64,000 bases of DNA from Terrimicrobiaceae bacterium (lineage in GTDB: Bacteria; Verrucomicrobiota; Verrucomicrobiia; Chthoniobacterales; Terrimicrobiaceae). Below the pieces are notes generated by a model that worked only from the letters and a program-made list of their open reading frames with translations, was not told where the DNA came from and did no database searches. Each line of letters opens with the position of its first letter. Positions within the stretch are counted from its first letter, which is position 1. Of this stretch, positions 39,267-48,275 are shown piece after piece. The translations under genes were made by a program, and so were the position numbers. The stretch is taken from NCBI GenBank assembly GCA_041752695.1, contig JBGSVZ010000085.1, positions 1-64,000 of the forward strand. The letters run 5' to 3'.

Positions 39267-40193
39267 ATGACCCTCGCCACACCACCCACGGAAGCCCAGG
39301 AAGAAGCTCTCGTTGCCATCTGCCTTTTTGCCGCTTTCGCGGATGGCGATAAGTCGGAATCAGAACACACCGAAGTCCGCCGCATTGCCGATGGCTTCGG
39401 GGAAAATCTCGCGCCCACCATCACCCAGAAAATTCTTACCGGCCGGCTTGGCATGGCACATGCCGCCTCCGCCCTCACCGATCCCAACCATCGCCTTCTC
39501 GCTTATGAAATGGCGGTCGCGGTCTGCGACGCCGATGGCACCGTGACGCCGACCGAACGCGCCTTTCTCGAAGATCTCCGATCGCAACTTGCCATAGGCA
39601 CCAGCGAGGCTCAACAGACGGAACAACCCGTCACCGACGTCGCCCTGGCACCCCTTGGAGACCAACCCTCCTCGCCCGACAACGGAGGCATGATCCTGCG
39701 CTACGCCATCGTCAATGGCGCGCTCGAACTCCTCCCCGACACCCTCGCCACGGTCGCCATCATTCCCTTGCAGATGAAGATGGTTTACCGCATTGGCAAA
39801 TCGCACGGTGTCGCCCTCGATACCGGCCACATCAAGGAATTTCTGGCCACCGCGGGTATTGGCATGACCTCCCAGGTGGTCGAAGGGTTTGCGCGCAAGT
39901 TCGCAAAAAATCTCTTTAAAAACTTCACCGGAAAAACGGGCTCGAAAATTGCTGACCAGGCCACCGGCTCCGCGTTCTCCTTCGGCTCAACCTACGCCCT
40001 CGGTTACGTCGCCGATCAATATTACGCCGGAGGCCGCACCATGCTGCCCGCCCAGATGCGCGAGGGGTTTCAAAATCTCCTCACCGCCGCCCGTGAGAAA
40101 CACGCCACCTTCCTCCCCCAAATTCAAGAAAAAGCCCAATCCCTCGATCCGGGAAAAATTTTCACCCTTCTGCGCGACCCGGCGGGAGTGTAA
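39267..40193 (+). CDS. TerB-like domain fused to a DUF697-like domain
   Basis: AAFADG...E and VCDADG...E (TerB metal-site pattern); C-half IIPLQMKMVYRIG. Confidence 0.7.
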   Translation: MTLATPPTEAQEEALVAICLFAAFADGDKSESEHTEVRRIADGFGENLAPTITQKILTGRLGMAHAASALTDPNHRLLAYEMAVAVCDADGTVTPTERAFLEDLRSQLAIGTSEAQQTEQPVTDVALAPLGDQPSSPDNGGMILRYAIVNGALELLPDTLATVAIIPLQMKMVYRIGKSHGVALDTGHIKEFLATAGIGMTSQVVEGFARKFAKNLFKNFTGKTGSKIADQATGSAFSFGSTYALGYVADQYYAGGRTMLPAQMREGFQNLLTAAREKHATFLPQIQEKAQSLDPGKIFTLLRDPAGV

Positions 40194-40208
40194 CAATTCT
40201 TTCCTTTC

Positions 40209-41534
40209 TCAGAACGTCAGCCCGACCTGGCAACCCACCACCAGCGCGTTGGGAATATCCCCCGTGCCGCCGGGCTGGAGGATCCACTGCACATCGGGCT
40301 GGAGTTGGAGATTTTCCGTAAGTTGAATAATATAACTGGCCTCGAGAACCGTTTCCATCGTCGGACGGCCCTGTCCGGCTGAGGCTTGCGCGTTGGCATA
40401 ATCGCGGCTGAATCCTCCCGTGTAAAAACTGACCAAAAGATTGTCCCGATCGCGTCCGGGGACCAGCCCCTGCCAGATCGCGCCGCCGAATCCCATCACA
40501 GGCATTGGCGCGAGTTCTTCCTGCGGCGAATAGGTCACTCCTCCCCACACCGAAAAATGGTGCTGCGGGTTCGACTGGCTACGCCAGACCATTTGCTGCG
40601 CCATCGCATAAAACCCATAAGCATTCTGCGCCGTGCCGCCTTGAAATGTGTCGAAGCTGTAGTTCGCATAATACGCCCCGAAACTATATACGCCCTTGAG
40701 GCCCGGCTCCGCAGGGACGACCGCCTTTTTGTCGAAACGGGATTCGGGTTCGCCAGCAAAGTCCGGAGTCCAGCCCATCTCCGCCATCAGGAGCACCCCG
40801 TCACCGGGCTGGATGGTAAAATCCGCGCCGTGATACGCCGGATTCCCAATCCGCGGCGAGGCCTGGAAAACCCCGGCCTCAAGGTAGACTTCGTCGATGG
40901 GCTTGAATTTCGTGTGGGCCGCCCAGGACGCGCTGGCCGTGGCGTGATAAGGCGCATTGAGAAACAGCGAGGTCGGATTGCCATTCACGGCACCGCTTAC
41001 CACCATTCCCATGGCGGGCATGGTGGCAAAAAATTGTCCGGCGGAAAACCGGCCGACATTGACCTCCCATCGGTCGTCGCAGAGGCGCTGTTTGAAAAAC
41101 AGATCATAGAGCGCAAACGTGTTCATCACCCGGGCCTGCGAGATGGTGAAGACGTTGCCCACAGAGTTCGACAGATTCGACCCGGCGGCATCGGTCATCG
41201 AGAGAATGATCGATCCCCCCTTCCAGCCGATGGTCTTCTCCAGACTGAGTTCACCACCGACCACCAGGAGTTGCATCCAGGAAACCTCCTGTGAGATGCC
41301 TCCCAAGGGATTTGCCAGAAGATCGCCCCAATAGCTGAAAAACGGACGGAAACCGGCTTCGGTCATTTCCGCTTTCCAGCGTTTCACAGCGCGCTCCATT
41401 TCGCCCTCCAGAGCACCGGCACGCCAATCTTCCTGAAGATCGTCGTAAAAGATGTGGCGCGGAACCTGCGCAGCCTCAGCAATCGCCAGCGTCGTGACGG
41501 CGAAAAGCAAAACGCAGAAGCGCGAGGAAATCAT
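40209..41534 (-). CDS. Carbohydrate-selective porin, OprB family
   Basis: Signal peptide; NPLGG, EASY, LQPDVQWILQPGG; terminal Phe. Confidence 0.85.
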   Translation of the reverse strand: MISSRFCVLLFAVTTLAIAEAAQVPRHIFYDDLQEDWRAGALEGEMERAVKRWKAEMTEAGFRPFFSYWGDLLANPLGGISQEVSWMQLLVVGGELSLEKTIGWKGGSIILSMTDAAGSNLSNSVGNVFTISQARVMNTFALYDLFFKQRLCDDRWEVNVGRFSAGQFFATMPAMGMVVSGAVNGNPTSLFLNAPYHATASASWAAHTKFKPIDEVYLEAGVFQASPRIGNPAYHGADFTIQPGDGVLLMAEMGWTPDFAGEPESRFDKKAVVPAEPGLKGVYSFGAYYANYSFDTFQGGTAQNAYGFYAMAQQMVWRSQSNPQHHFSVWGGVTYSPQEELAPMPVMGFGGAIWQGLVPGRDRDNLLVSFYTGGFSRDYANAQASAGQGRPTMETVLEASYIIQLTENLQLQPDVQWILQPGGTGDIPNALVVGCQVGLTF

Positions 41535-41664
41535 GGCCGCCGATGTAGCAGCCAGCGTGCCGGGAGGAAACGTTGGATTTCACGTTCGTCGCAGACGACC
41601 CCTCGCTGCTGTGCCAAGGACGCTTCTGTGCGGTCCCGCATTGGGTTCCCGCAAAACCCCGGCC

Positions 41665-41910
41665 CTACGCCGGACAGGCTACCAGACGCACATTTCCCTG
41701 CTCGACGATCACTTCCGTGGGCTGAGGCCAGACGTGACCTTTGAGCGCGGCGCTCACTTTTGCCGCCATCACATTGAGCCGGGGTCCGCCCGCGGCGCGG
41801 ATTTTCCGCACGGTGTATTCGGGCAGCCCGAGCACGCCCGGTTCCGTTCCCTTGGCACCCTCTAAAAAGAAGCCGATATTGCGGCCGTTGTATTTAATCG
41901 TCAGTTTCAT
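41665..41910 (-). CDS. Hypothetical protein (81 aa)
   Basis: MKLTIKYNG... ORF in the gap between the deaminase and the porin. Confidence 0.4.
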   Translation of the reverse strand: MKLTIKYNGRNIGFFLEGAKGTEPGVLGLPEYTVRKIRAAGGPRLNVMAAKVSAALKGHVWPQPTEVIVEQGNVRLVACPA

Positions 41911-41960
41911 GAACTGCACCCTGCGGCCCCTCGCACGAATAGCGATGTATTTCGGTATGC

Positions 41961-42401
41961 CTACACCGCAATATCTTCGTGCCAGAGCTCCGGGCGCGCG
42001 TTGATGAAGTCGGTCATCATGGCAACACACTCCTCGTCGTTGAGCACACTTAACTCCACCCCTTTGCTCCGCAGCCAGTCTTCTGCGCCCAGGAAGGTCA
42101 CGTTCTCGGCAATGACAATCTTGGGGATTTTATAGAGCAACGAAGTGCCGCTGCACATCGGACAGGGCGAGAGGGTGGTGTAGAGGACGCACTCGCGATA
42201 AACAGAAGCCGACTGCCGTCCGGCGTTTTTAAAAGCGCTCATTTCTCCGTGGAGGAGCGGGTCGTCCAACTGCACCCTCATATTATGGCCACGGCCGATG
42301 ATTTTGCCCTGATGAACAATCACCGAGCCAATGGGAATGCCCCCCTCCGCCAGCCCCAGTTTCGCCTCATCAATTGCCGCCTGCATAAACGCATCCCTCA
42401 T
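41961..42401 (-). CDS. Zn-dependent nucleoside/cytosine deaminase (CDA fold)
   Basis: EGGIPIGS, HGE, LSPCPMC. Confidence 0.9.
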   Translation of the reverse strand: MRDAFMQAAIDEAKLGLAEGGIPIGSVIVHQGKIIGRGHNMRVQLDDPLLHGEMSAFKNAGRQSASVYRECVLYTTLSPCPMCSGTSLLYKIPKIVIAENVTFLGAEDWLRSKGVELSVLNDEECVAMMTDFINARPELWHEDIAV

Positions 42402-42472
42402 GATGCGGAGGAAAAAACATTCCTCAGAAAAAGTCGAGCCCCCTCGAAAAGGAAGAAAGGCTTTGACGAAGG

Positions 42473-44821
42473 TTAAGCCCCCGTCCGTCGTCCGTGGAAA
42501 AAACGCCAGAGCACGGGCTGGAGGTAGATCACAATGAGGGCGTCGAGGGCGAGGCCGAGCGCGCAGGTGCGGCCCAGGCTGGCCAGTCCGTAATTCGATG
42601 CCCAACTAATGGATCCAAACCCCACCGCCGCAGAAGCCGCGCATAAAAAAATCACGCGACCCATGGTAATTTGCGCCTCGCGGGGATCCCCCAATTTGCC
42701 ACGCAAGGCCAGGGTCATGTGCAGCGGATAATCCACGCCCGTGCCTAAGAGGAGGAGGATGGCGGCCATGTTGAAAAAATTCCACTCCATCCCCAGCATC
42801 GCCATCGCCCCGGCCAGCGAAAGAAAAACCAAGGCCATCACCCCAGCCATCAGGCCCACATCGCTGACTTTGCGAAACCCAAAAAACAACAGCCCCAAGG
42901 TCACCGCAACAAGGATCCCCACCAGCCAGACAAACTCGCGCGGAACGGTGCGCTTGAGTTCCGCCCCGAGCTGTTTCCAACTCACGACAAACACCCCTTC
43001 CTCGCGGAAGGCCGCCAGAGCCTCCTCACGGTCCGGCGCGGGACGAAGGATGCCGAGCGCGACCCATCCGTCCGCTCCCCGGCTCGCCACCCGGCGCAGG
43101 AGCCATTCGCTCGATGGGTTCGAGGGCCAGATGGGCGGAGCCTCCGCCAACCATTTGCTCCACAACGCGGCCGCATTGCGGGTAAGGGCAAAGGCGTCTT
43201 CGGAAAAACCCGCCGTCTCAAACGCTTCTCGCAGTCTCGCAAGATCACCGGCCAGCGGCTGGACAGTTTCCAGATTTCGACTCTGCCGTGCGGCATCCGG
43301 CCAGATCGGTTCGGGCGAGGTGTAGAGCGAATCAGGACCACCGGTTTCGCGCAGGGCACCGTCGATTTTGCGCAACCGTTCCAACACCTGGACTTCGTCG
43401 CGCCCGGTTACCAGCACGCTGAGCAAGTTGGTTTGATCGGAGAGTCTTGCGTAAAGCCGGTCGAGAGCTTTGTTGGCCGGACTGTGCCGCGGCCGCAAAG
43501 CCTTTGTGCTATCGTCAATCGTCGGCCCGCCCGCCGCGATCAGCCCGCCAATCAAGACTAAGACAAGGGCGCCGGTGCACCACGCCCCGATCTGCAGAGC
43601 CCACGACGACCAAAAGGCGGCCGCGAGCGCCGACGGTTGCGCGGGCCGCCATTTCAGCCGCGCGACGAGCGGGGCAAAAAGAAAATACATCACGAACGCT
43701 CCAATGACCACGCCGAAACCCACGAGATTTCCCAGCTGGGAGAGGCCGGGCAGGCTGCTCGCGTTCAGCAGGAAAAACGCCGCCGCCGTGGTGAGCGCAG
43801 CCCAGAAAATATTCGGCCGGCAGCGATTCCGTAGATCCTTCGTGCTTCCGCCGTGTTCCACCCATTGCTGATAAAGGAGGTAGCCGTAATCGACACTCAG
43901 CCCGATCATAATGGCCGCAAATCCCACCCCCATGACAGTGAGGTCAGAGAGGAACAACCCCGCCGCCGCGAGCGAGAGCACAAAGATCAGCACGAGCATG
44001 AGCACCAGCGCCGCGAGAGGCTTGAACCGCCGGTAACAGAACCAGAAAATGGCCGCAATGATCACCAAGGCGACCACGCCGGACGATTTCATGTCAGCCT
44101 CCATGCCCCGCGAGATCTCCGCCATGAAAGCCGGTTCGCCCGTGATGCCAAGTGTGACGCGCTGGTCTTGGTTCCAGTCCTCAGCAACGGCGCGGACCTC
44201 GTCCACCCAGCGGATGGTGTCGCGGTAATCGTTCAGTTTCGGCGCGGCATCGAGGTAGAGCACTCGAAATCTTCCATCCTCCGAGGCAAACTCCCCCGGA
44301 GCCCCCCTGGCGGTTTTCTCCAATCCGTCCAGCGCTTCGCTGAAACGCAGCGGATCATAACTCAGTTGTACCACCTCGACGGGGGAAACGGTTTCCGCGA
44401 GCTGTTCGAGGGATTCCTGCAAGGTCTGCGCCACCCGTTCCGGCAAGGCGCGCTCCGCGGCGGCGCGCACTTTTTCAGGCGGGGCGTTGAGCAAAAGATA
44501 GGCGGCGAGTTCGGAAAGTTCCTCCGGCTGGGTTTCCCACCGCGGTCGATAGGTCACGCGCGCCACCAACTCGGGGCGACACGCAAAGACCGCCGCAAGC
44601 TCGTCCGCGGCCCGGGTGGCCTGTTCCGCGTCATTTGCCTCGATCGTGACGAGCAGTTCGTCGGTGCGGGCGAAATGTTTCAAAAAAAGCGAAAGCCCCT
44701 CAGCCTGCCGCAGGTTGGCCGGCAACATCTTGAAGACATCCACATCGAAGGAGATGCGGGACAACCCGAGCGCCGTCAGCCCGACCAGCGCCACCAGCGC
44801 GGCGATCCTAACGGCCCGCAT
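42473..44821 (-). CDS. MMPL/RND family lipid exporter
   Basis: Two TM repeats containing IGLSVDYG and LGTGVDYP. Confidence 0.85.
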   Translation of the reverse strand: MRAVRIAALVALVGLTALGLSRISFDVDVFKMLPANLRQAEGLSLFLKHFARTDELLVTIEANDAEQATRAADELAAVFACRPELVARVTYRPRWETQPEELSELAAYLLLNAPPEKVRAAAERALPERVAQTLQESLEQLAETVSPVEVVQLSYDPLRFSEALDGLEKTARGAPGEFASEDGRFRVLYLDAAPKLNDYRDTIRWVDEVRAVAEDWNQDQRVTLGITGEPAFMAEISRGMEADMKSSGVVALVIIAAIFWFCYRRFKPLAALVLMLVLIFVLSLAAAGLFLSDLTVMGVGFAAIMIGLSVDYGYLLYQQWVEHGGSTKDLRNRCRPNIFWAALTTAAAFFLLNASSLPGLSQLGNLVGFGVVIGAFVMYFLFAPLVARLKWRPAQPSALAAAFWSSWALQIGAWCTGALVLVLIGGLIAAGGPTIDDSTKALRPRHSPANKALDRLYARLSDQTNLLSVLVTGRDEVQVLERLRKIDGALRETGGPDSLYTSPEPIWPDAARQSRNLETVQPLAGDLARLREAFETAGFSEDAFALTRNAAALWSKWLAEAPPIWPSNPSSEWLLRRVASRGADGWVALGILRPAPDREEALAAFREEGVFVVSWKQLGAELKRTVPREFVWLVGILVAVTLGLLFFGFRKVSDVGLMAGVMALVFLSLAGAMAMLGMEWNFFNMAAILLLLGTGVDYPLHMTLALRGKLGDPREAQITMGRVIFLCAASAAVGFGSISWASNYGLASLGRTCALGLALDALIVIYLQPVLWRFFHGRRTGA

Positions 44822-45452
44822 CGATCACCCGGAATCCCGCCGTGTCGAACGCGAACGTTCCCGCGGGGAGTTTTTCGTTCACCTGTATATTGGAGAATTC
44901 ATTGCGCAGGGAGGAACCATCCCGAAAGCTCATTTCCAACGAACGCAAATGGCCCGTCTCTGTATCGAAGCCGAGGGCGATCCCGGTGAGAAATCCCTGC
45001 GTGTCGCGCGGTTCGAGTTTCACCCGGCACTCCACGCCTTCCGTGCGCAGGTCGAGAATTTTGAAGCGTTTCTCCAGGTCGGCCCGGCTGCGGACAAAGG
45101 GAAATTCCATCAGACCCGCCTCGCGTTTGCCGAGCTCCACGGCCTCGATTTTCACGACCTGCTTGGCCGGTTCGATCACCCGAATATCGTCGCCCTTGCG
45201 CAGCACGATGGTTTTGGGCGGCGAGCCGACCTCCCACCGAAAATCCCCGGGGGCCTGAAACCACAGCTTTCCCTTGGCAGCCACTGGATTCCGCAGCACC
45301 CGTAGCGCGCGGGTCTGGGTGAAGTCCGCACTCAGCGAACGGATCGCCACCTGCCGCGCGATCCACTGGTCAAGCACGGCAGTGTCCGGCACTGCCGCCA
45401 ACGCGGGTAGCGCCGCCCCCAGACAGACTGAAACCAAGAGACTCCGAAACAT
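44808..45452 (-). CDS. LolA-like outer-membrane carrier protein
   Basis: Signal peptide; SLSADFTQTR, G..WFQAPGDFRWE; overlaps the MMPL start. Confidence 0.85.
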   Translation of the reverse strand: MFRSLLVSVCLGAALPALAAVPDTAVLDQWIARQVAIRSLSADFTQTRALRVLRNPVAAKGKLWFQAPGDFRWEVGSPPKTIVLRKGDDIRVIEPAKQVVKIEAVELGKREAGLMEFPFVRSRADLEKRFKILDLRTEGVECRVKLEPRDTQGFLTGIALGFDTETGHLRSLEMSFRDGSSLRNEFSNIQVNEKLPAGTFAFDTAGFRVIDAGR

Positions 45453-45531
45453 CCGCGATCAAGAAAGCCGCGGCGGCCGGAGATGCAAAACAATTCCACC
45501 CCGCCCGCCACCGAACGGTTCCCGGTCCTGC

Positions 45532-47124
45532 CTATTCATACGCCGTGCGGAGAAACTCACGGAGAGGCTCCACGTGCAGAGTCGAGCAGCGGAAGGCGAC
45601 ATGGCCGTCTGGACGAATCAGGTAACACCCCCCTTTTTCCATGCCATAACGCCCCGTGATCCGACCGGCGCGATCCTCCAGAAACTCCACGCCGGAAAGA
45701 CCGGACACCCCCACCGGTCCGACCCGCCAGACCTTGATCCACGGCACGTCAACGAAGCTTGCCAGCAACGCCGATTCCTCGCCCGCCGCCGATCCGGGAA
45801 ACACCATGGCCTGGTGTCGAGGCTCCGTGGACCAAAGCTGGAAAAGAGAACGCCCGTCCGCCGTCACTGCCAGAATCTCGGCCGCGCGCTCCCCGGGCCT
45901 GGGTCCACGACTCCCCCAAAAGCTCCCGCTCTCCGCCACGACCGGACTTTGCGGATAACTCACGCCCAGTTCGCTGAGCACCCCGGCAATCTTCTCGCCA
46001 ATGGGCAGCACATGACCCAGCAGCCCCACCGTATGCGGCAAGATGGCCCCCATCACGCCGCTGTGTTTGCTCACCATTTTCGACATCGGCCCGAGGGCAT
46101 CGAGCAGGCGCTTCGCATTGGCGTGCCGCTCGGCATGGTAACTTTCCAGCAAGGCCTCACCCCCCTCACCACGCAAAACCATCGCGAGCTTCCAACCGAG
46201 ATTAAAGGCGTCCTGCATCCCGGTATTCATGCCCTGCCCCCCCGCCGGACTGTGAACATGCGCGGCATCGCCGGCGAGAAAGACCCGGCCCACGCGGAAA
46301 CGCGGGACCAAGCGCGTGTTGATGCTGAAGGTGCTGATCCAGACCGGATCGAACAAACGCATGGAAAACCCCAGCCGGTCGCAGGCCGCCTGCACCGCTT
46401 CGAGAGTGGTTTCCGGAGGCGCTTCCTTCGTCCAACCCTCCGCCGCCACAATCAACCGCCACCGGTCGGCACCCAAAGGCCCGACAAACCCGAATCCGCC
46501 TTCGCCAAAAAATTGATACACACTCTCGCGCGATCGATCCCACGCGATTTTCACATCCGCCGTCAACCACATGACGTCCAACGTGCTGCCTTCCAGGGTC
46601 AAGCCGACACCGTGGCGCACCAGGCTTCGACTCCCATCGGTCCCCACCAGAAACTGCGCGGCCACCGTTTCGGTCGTGCCATCGGAATGCCGCAGGTCCG
46701 CCTCGACTCCCGACGAATCCGGGCGAATCGCCAGCACCTCCACCCCGCGCTCCACCGCGACCGACTTGACTCCCCCGGCCAGCGACTCCTCCAGAAGCCG
46801 CTCGGTCTCCGGCTGGGAAAGGCCAAGCGCAAAGGGAAACCGGCTTTCCAAGTTGGCGAACGTTCCCTTCAGGAACTCCCGCTCCGGCGGTGAACAAATC
46901 GAGGCTTCCCGGATCACGGCCGATTCGCCGATCGCCGCATCCGCCAGCCCCAACCAATCCAGCACCTCCACGGTCCGCGCATGAATCACCGCCGCCCGCG
47001 ACTGTTCGATGCGGTTCAGGTTCTTGTCCACAATCCGAAACGACACCCCATGCCGCCGCAAGGTCGCCGCAAGTGTCAGCCCCACCGGCCCCGCCCCGAC
47101 TATCAGTACGGCTGTCTGCGTCAT
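45532..47124 (-). CDS. FAD-dependent monooxygenase (PheA/TfdB family)
   Basis: GAGPVG, DGSRSLVR, GDAAHVHSPAGGQGMNTG, LIRPDGHV. Confidence 0.92.
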   Translation of the reverse strand: MTQTAVLIVGAGPVGLTLAATLRRHGVSFRIVDKNLNRIEQSRAAVIHARTVEVLDWLGLADAAIGESAVIREASICSPPEREFLKGTFANLESRFPFALGLSQPETERLLEESLAGGVKSVAVERGVEVLAIRPDSSGVEADLRHSDGTTETVAAQFLVGTDGSRSLVRHGVGLTLEGSTLDVMWLTADVKIAWDRSRESVYQFFGEGGFGFVGPLGADRWRLIVAAEGWTKEAPPETTLEAVQAACDRLGFSMRLFDPVWISTFSINTRLVPRFRVGRVFLAGDAAHVHSPAGGQGMNTGMQDAFNLGWKLAMVLRGEGGEALLESYHAERHANAKRLLDALGPMSKMVSKHSGVMGAILPHTVGLLGHVLPIGEKIAGVLSELGVSYPQSPVVAESGSFWGSRGPRPGERAAEILAVTADGRSLFQLWSTEPRHQAMVFPGSAAGEESALLASFVDVPWIKVWRVGPVGVSGLSGVEFLEDRAGRITGRYGMEKGGCYLIRPDGHVAFRCSTLHVEPLREFLRTAYE

Positions 47125-47370
47125 GAAGCGGATTTAAGCGATTTGGGTCGAAAATTCCACTCTCAACACAAAAAGTTCGGCATTAATGCAACCGATCGCA
47201 TTTCCATAAACGAAACGCGTGGTTTTCGGAAATTTTCCCTCGTGAAACGAACGCAACCAATTGCTTTTTTATCGGGTTTTTTATCCAAACTTCCGTTGAC
47301 AATGGGCTTATCTTCCCCGATATCCCGGCCTGCCTAATCTTGAGAGCTCCTCTCCAGCCCATTGCGTCAT

Positions 47371-48201
47371 ATGAAAAAAACACACCATCGGAAAACCTTC
47401 AACCTGGGGCTTGGAGCACTCGCGTTGCTCCTAACCAGCTTTCTCCCCGGAGTCAGCCAGGCGCAGACTTATTTTTTCACCCAAGGGGCTGCCACCACTG
47501 CCACCAACGTCAATACCTATGTGACCGATGCCTCGGGAAGTGCGCAATTCGCGCTGGGGGCGACGACCCTCGATTTCACCACGGCCACCGCGATCATCCA
47601 GGAACAGGATGCCGCCGTTCTGATCCACGCCTACGTCACCGCAGGATGGACGACACCCGAATTTACTGGAGACTTTTCGCTCGACCAAAGTTTTCCCTCC
47701 TTTTCCGGTAGCCAGGCGTTGTGGATCAATCCCAACGGCGCTCCGGGCTTCGCGGATGCTCCCCTGCCCACGGATCCGCAGACCGTCAGTTCCTGGGGCG
47801 ACGGCACCTGGCAAGTCTCCATCACGTTCAACGTGAGCGACGTGAACCTTTATTCGGGCTTCTTTATTGAGGGCCGCCATTATGCCGACGACGTGGTCAC
47901 GGGAACGCTCAACGGACAGGCGCTCACCCTGCCCTCGGCTAATACGGAAAATGATTGGAACTTCAACCCGCCGGCCGTCAGTTCCATCGCCCTGGATTCA
48001 AGTCTCTTCGTCACGGGAGTAAACACCATTGTCTTCACCATCGACAACACCAACCCGGAAACGGCTCTCAACGAAGGCCCAAGCGGCCTCATGGCCTACG
48101 GCCGCGTCGGAGCCACCCTCGTTCCCGAACCCTCGACCGTCGCCCTGATTGGCCTCGCGGCCGTTACGTTGATCGGACGCCGGCGTTCGCCGCGCCGATA
48201 G
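47371..48201 (+). CDS. PEP-CTERM sorting domain surface protein
   Basis: Signal peptide; C-terminal VPEPST, TM helix, RRRSPRR. Confidence 0.9.
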   Translation: MKKTHHRKTFNLGLGALALLLTSFLPGVSQAQTYFFTQGAATTATNVNTYVTDASGSAQFALGATTLDFTTATAIIQEQDAAVLIHAYVTAGWTTPEFTGDFSLDQSFPSFSGSQALWINPNGAPGFADAPLPTDPQTVSSWGDGTWQVSITFNVSDVNLYSGFFIEGRHYADDVVTGTLNGQALTLPSANTENDWNFNPPAVSSIALDSSLFVTGVNTIVFTIDNTNPETALNEGPSGLMAYGRVGATLVPEPSTVALIGLAAVTLIGRRRSPRR

Positions 48202-48222
48202 CGCAATTCCTCACATCGGTGG

Positions 48223-48254
48223 GAAAAAGCCGGAACGCCTGTTCCGGCTTTTTC
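48223..48254. terminator. Bidirectional intrinsic terminator
   Basis: GAAAAAGCCGGAAC-GCCT-GTTCCGGCTTTTTC between convergent genes. Confidence 0.85.
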
Positions 48255-48275
48255 GTTTCCAAAAAACTTCCAAAA

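Noticed and set aside
47233..47250. Partial parS-like TTCCCTCGTGAAAC
   Set aside because: The left half has several mismatches to the parS palindrome
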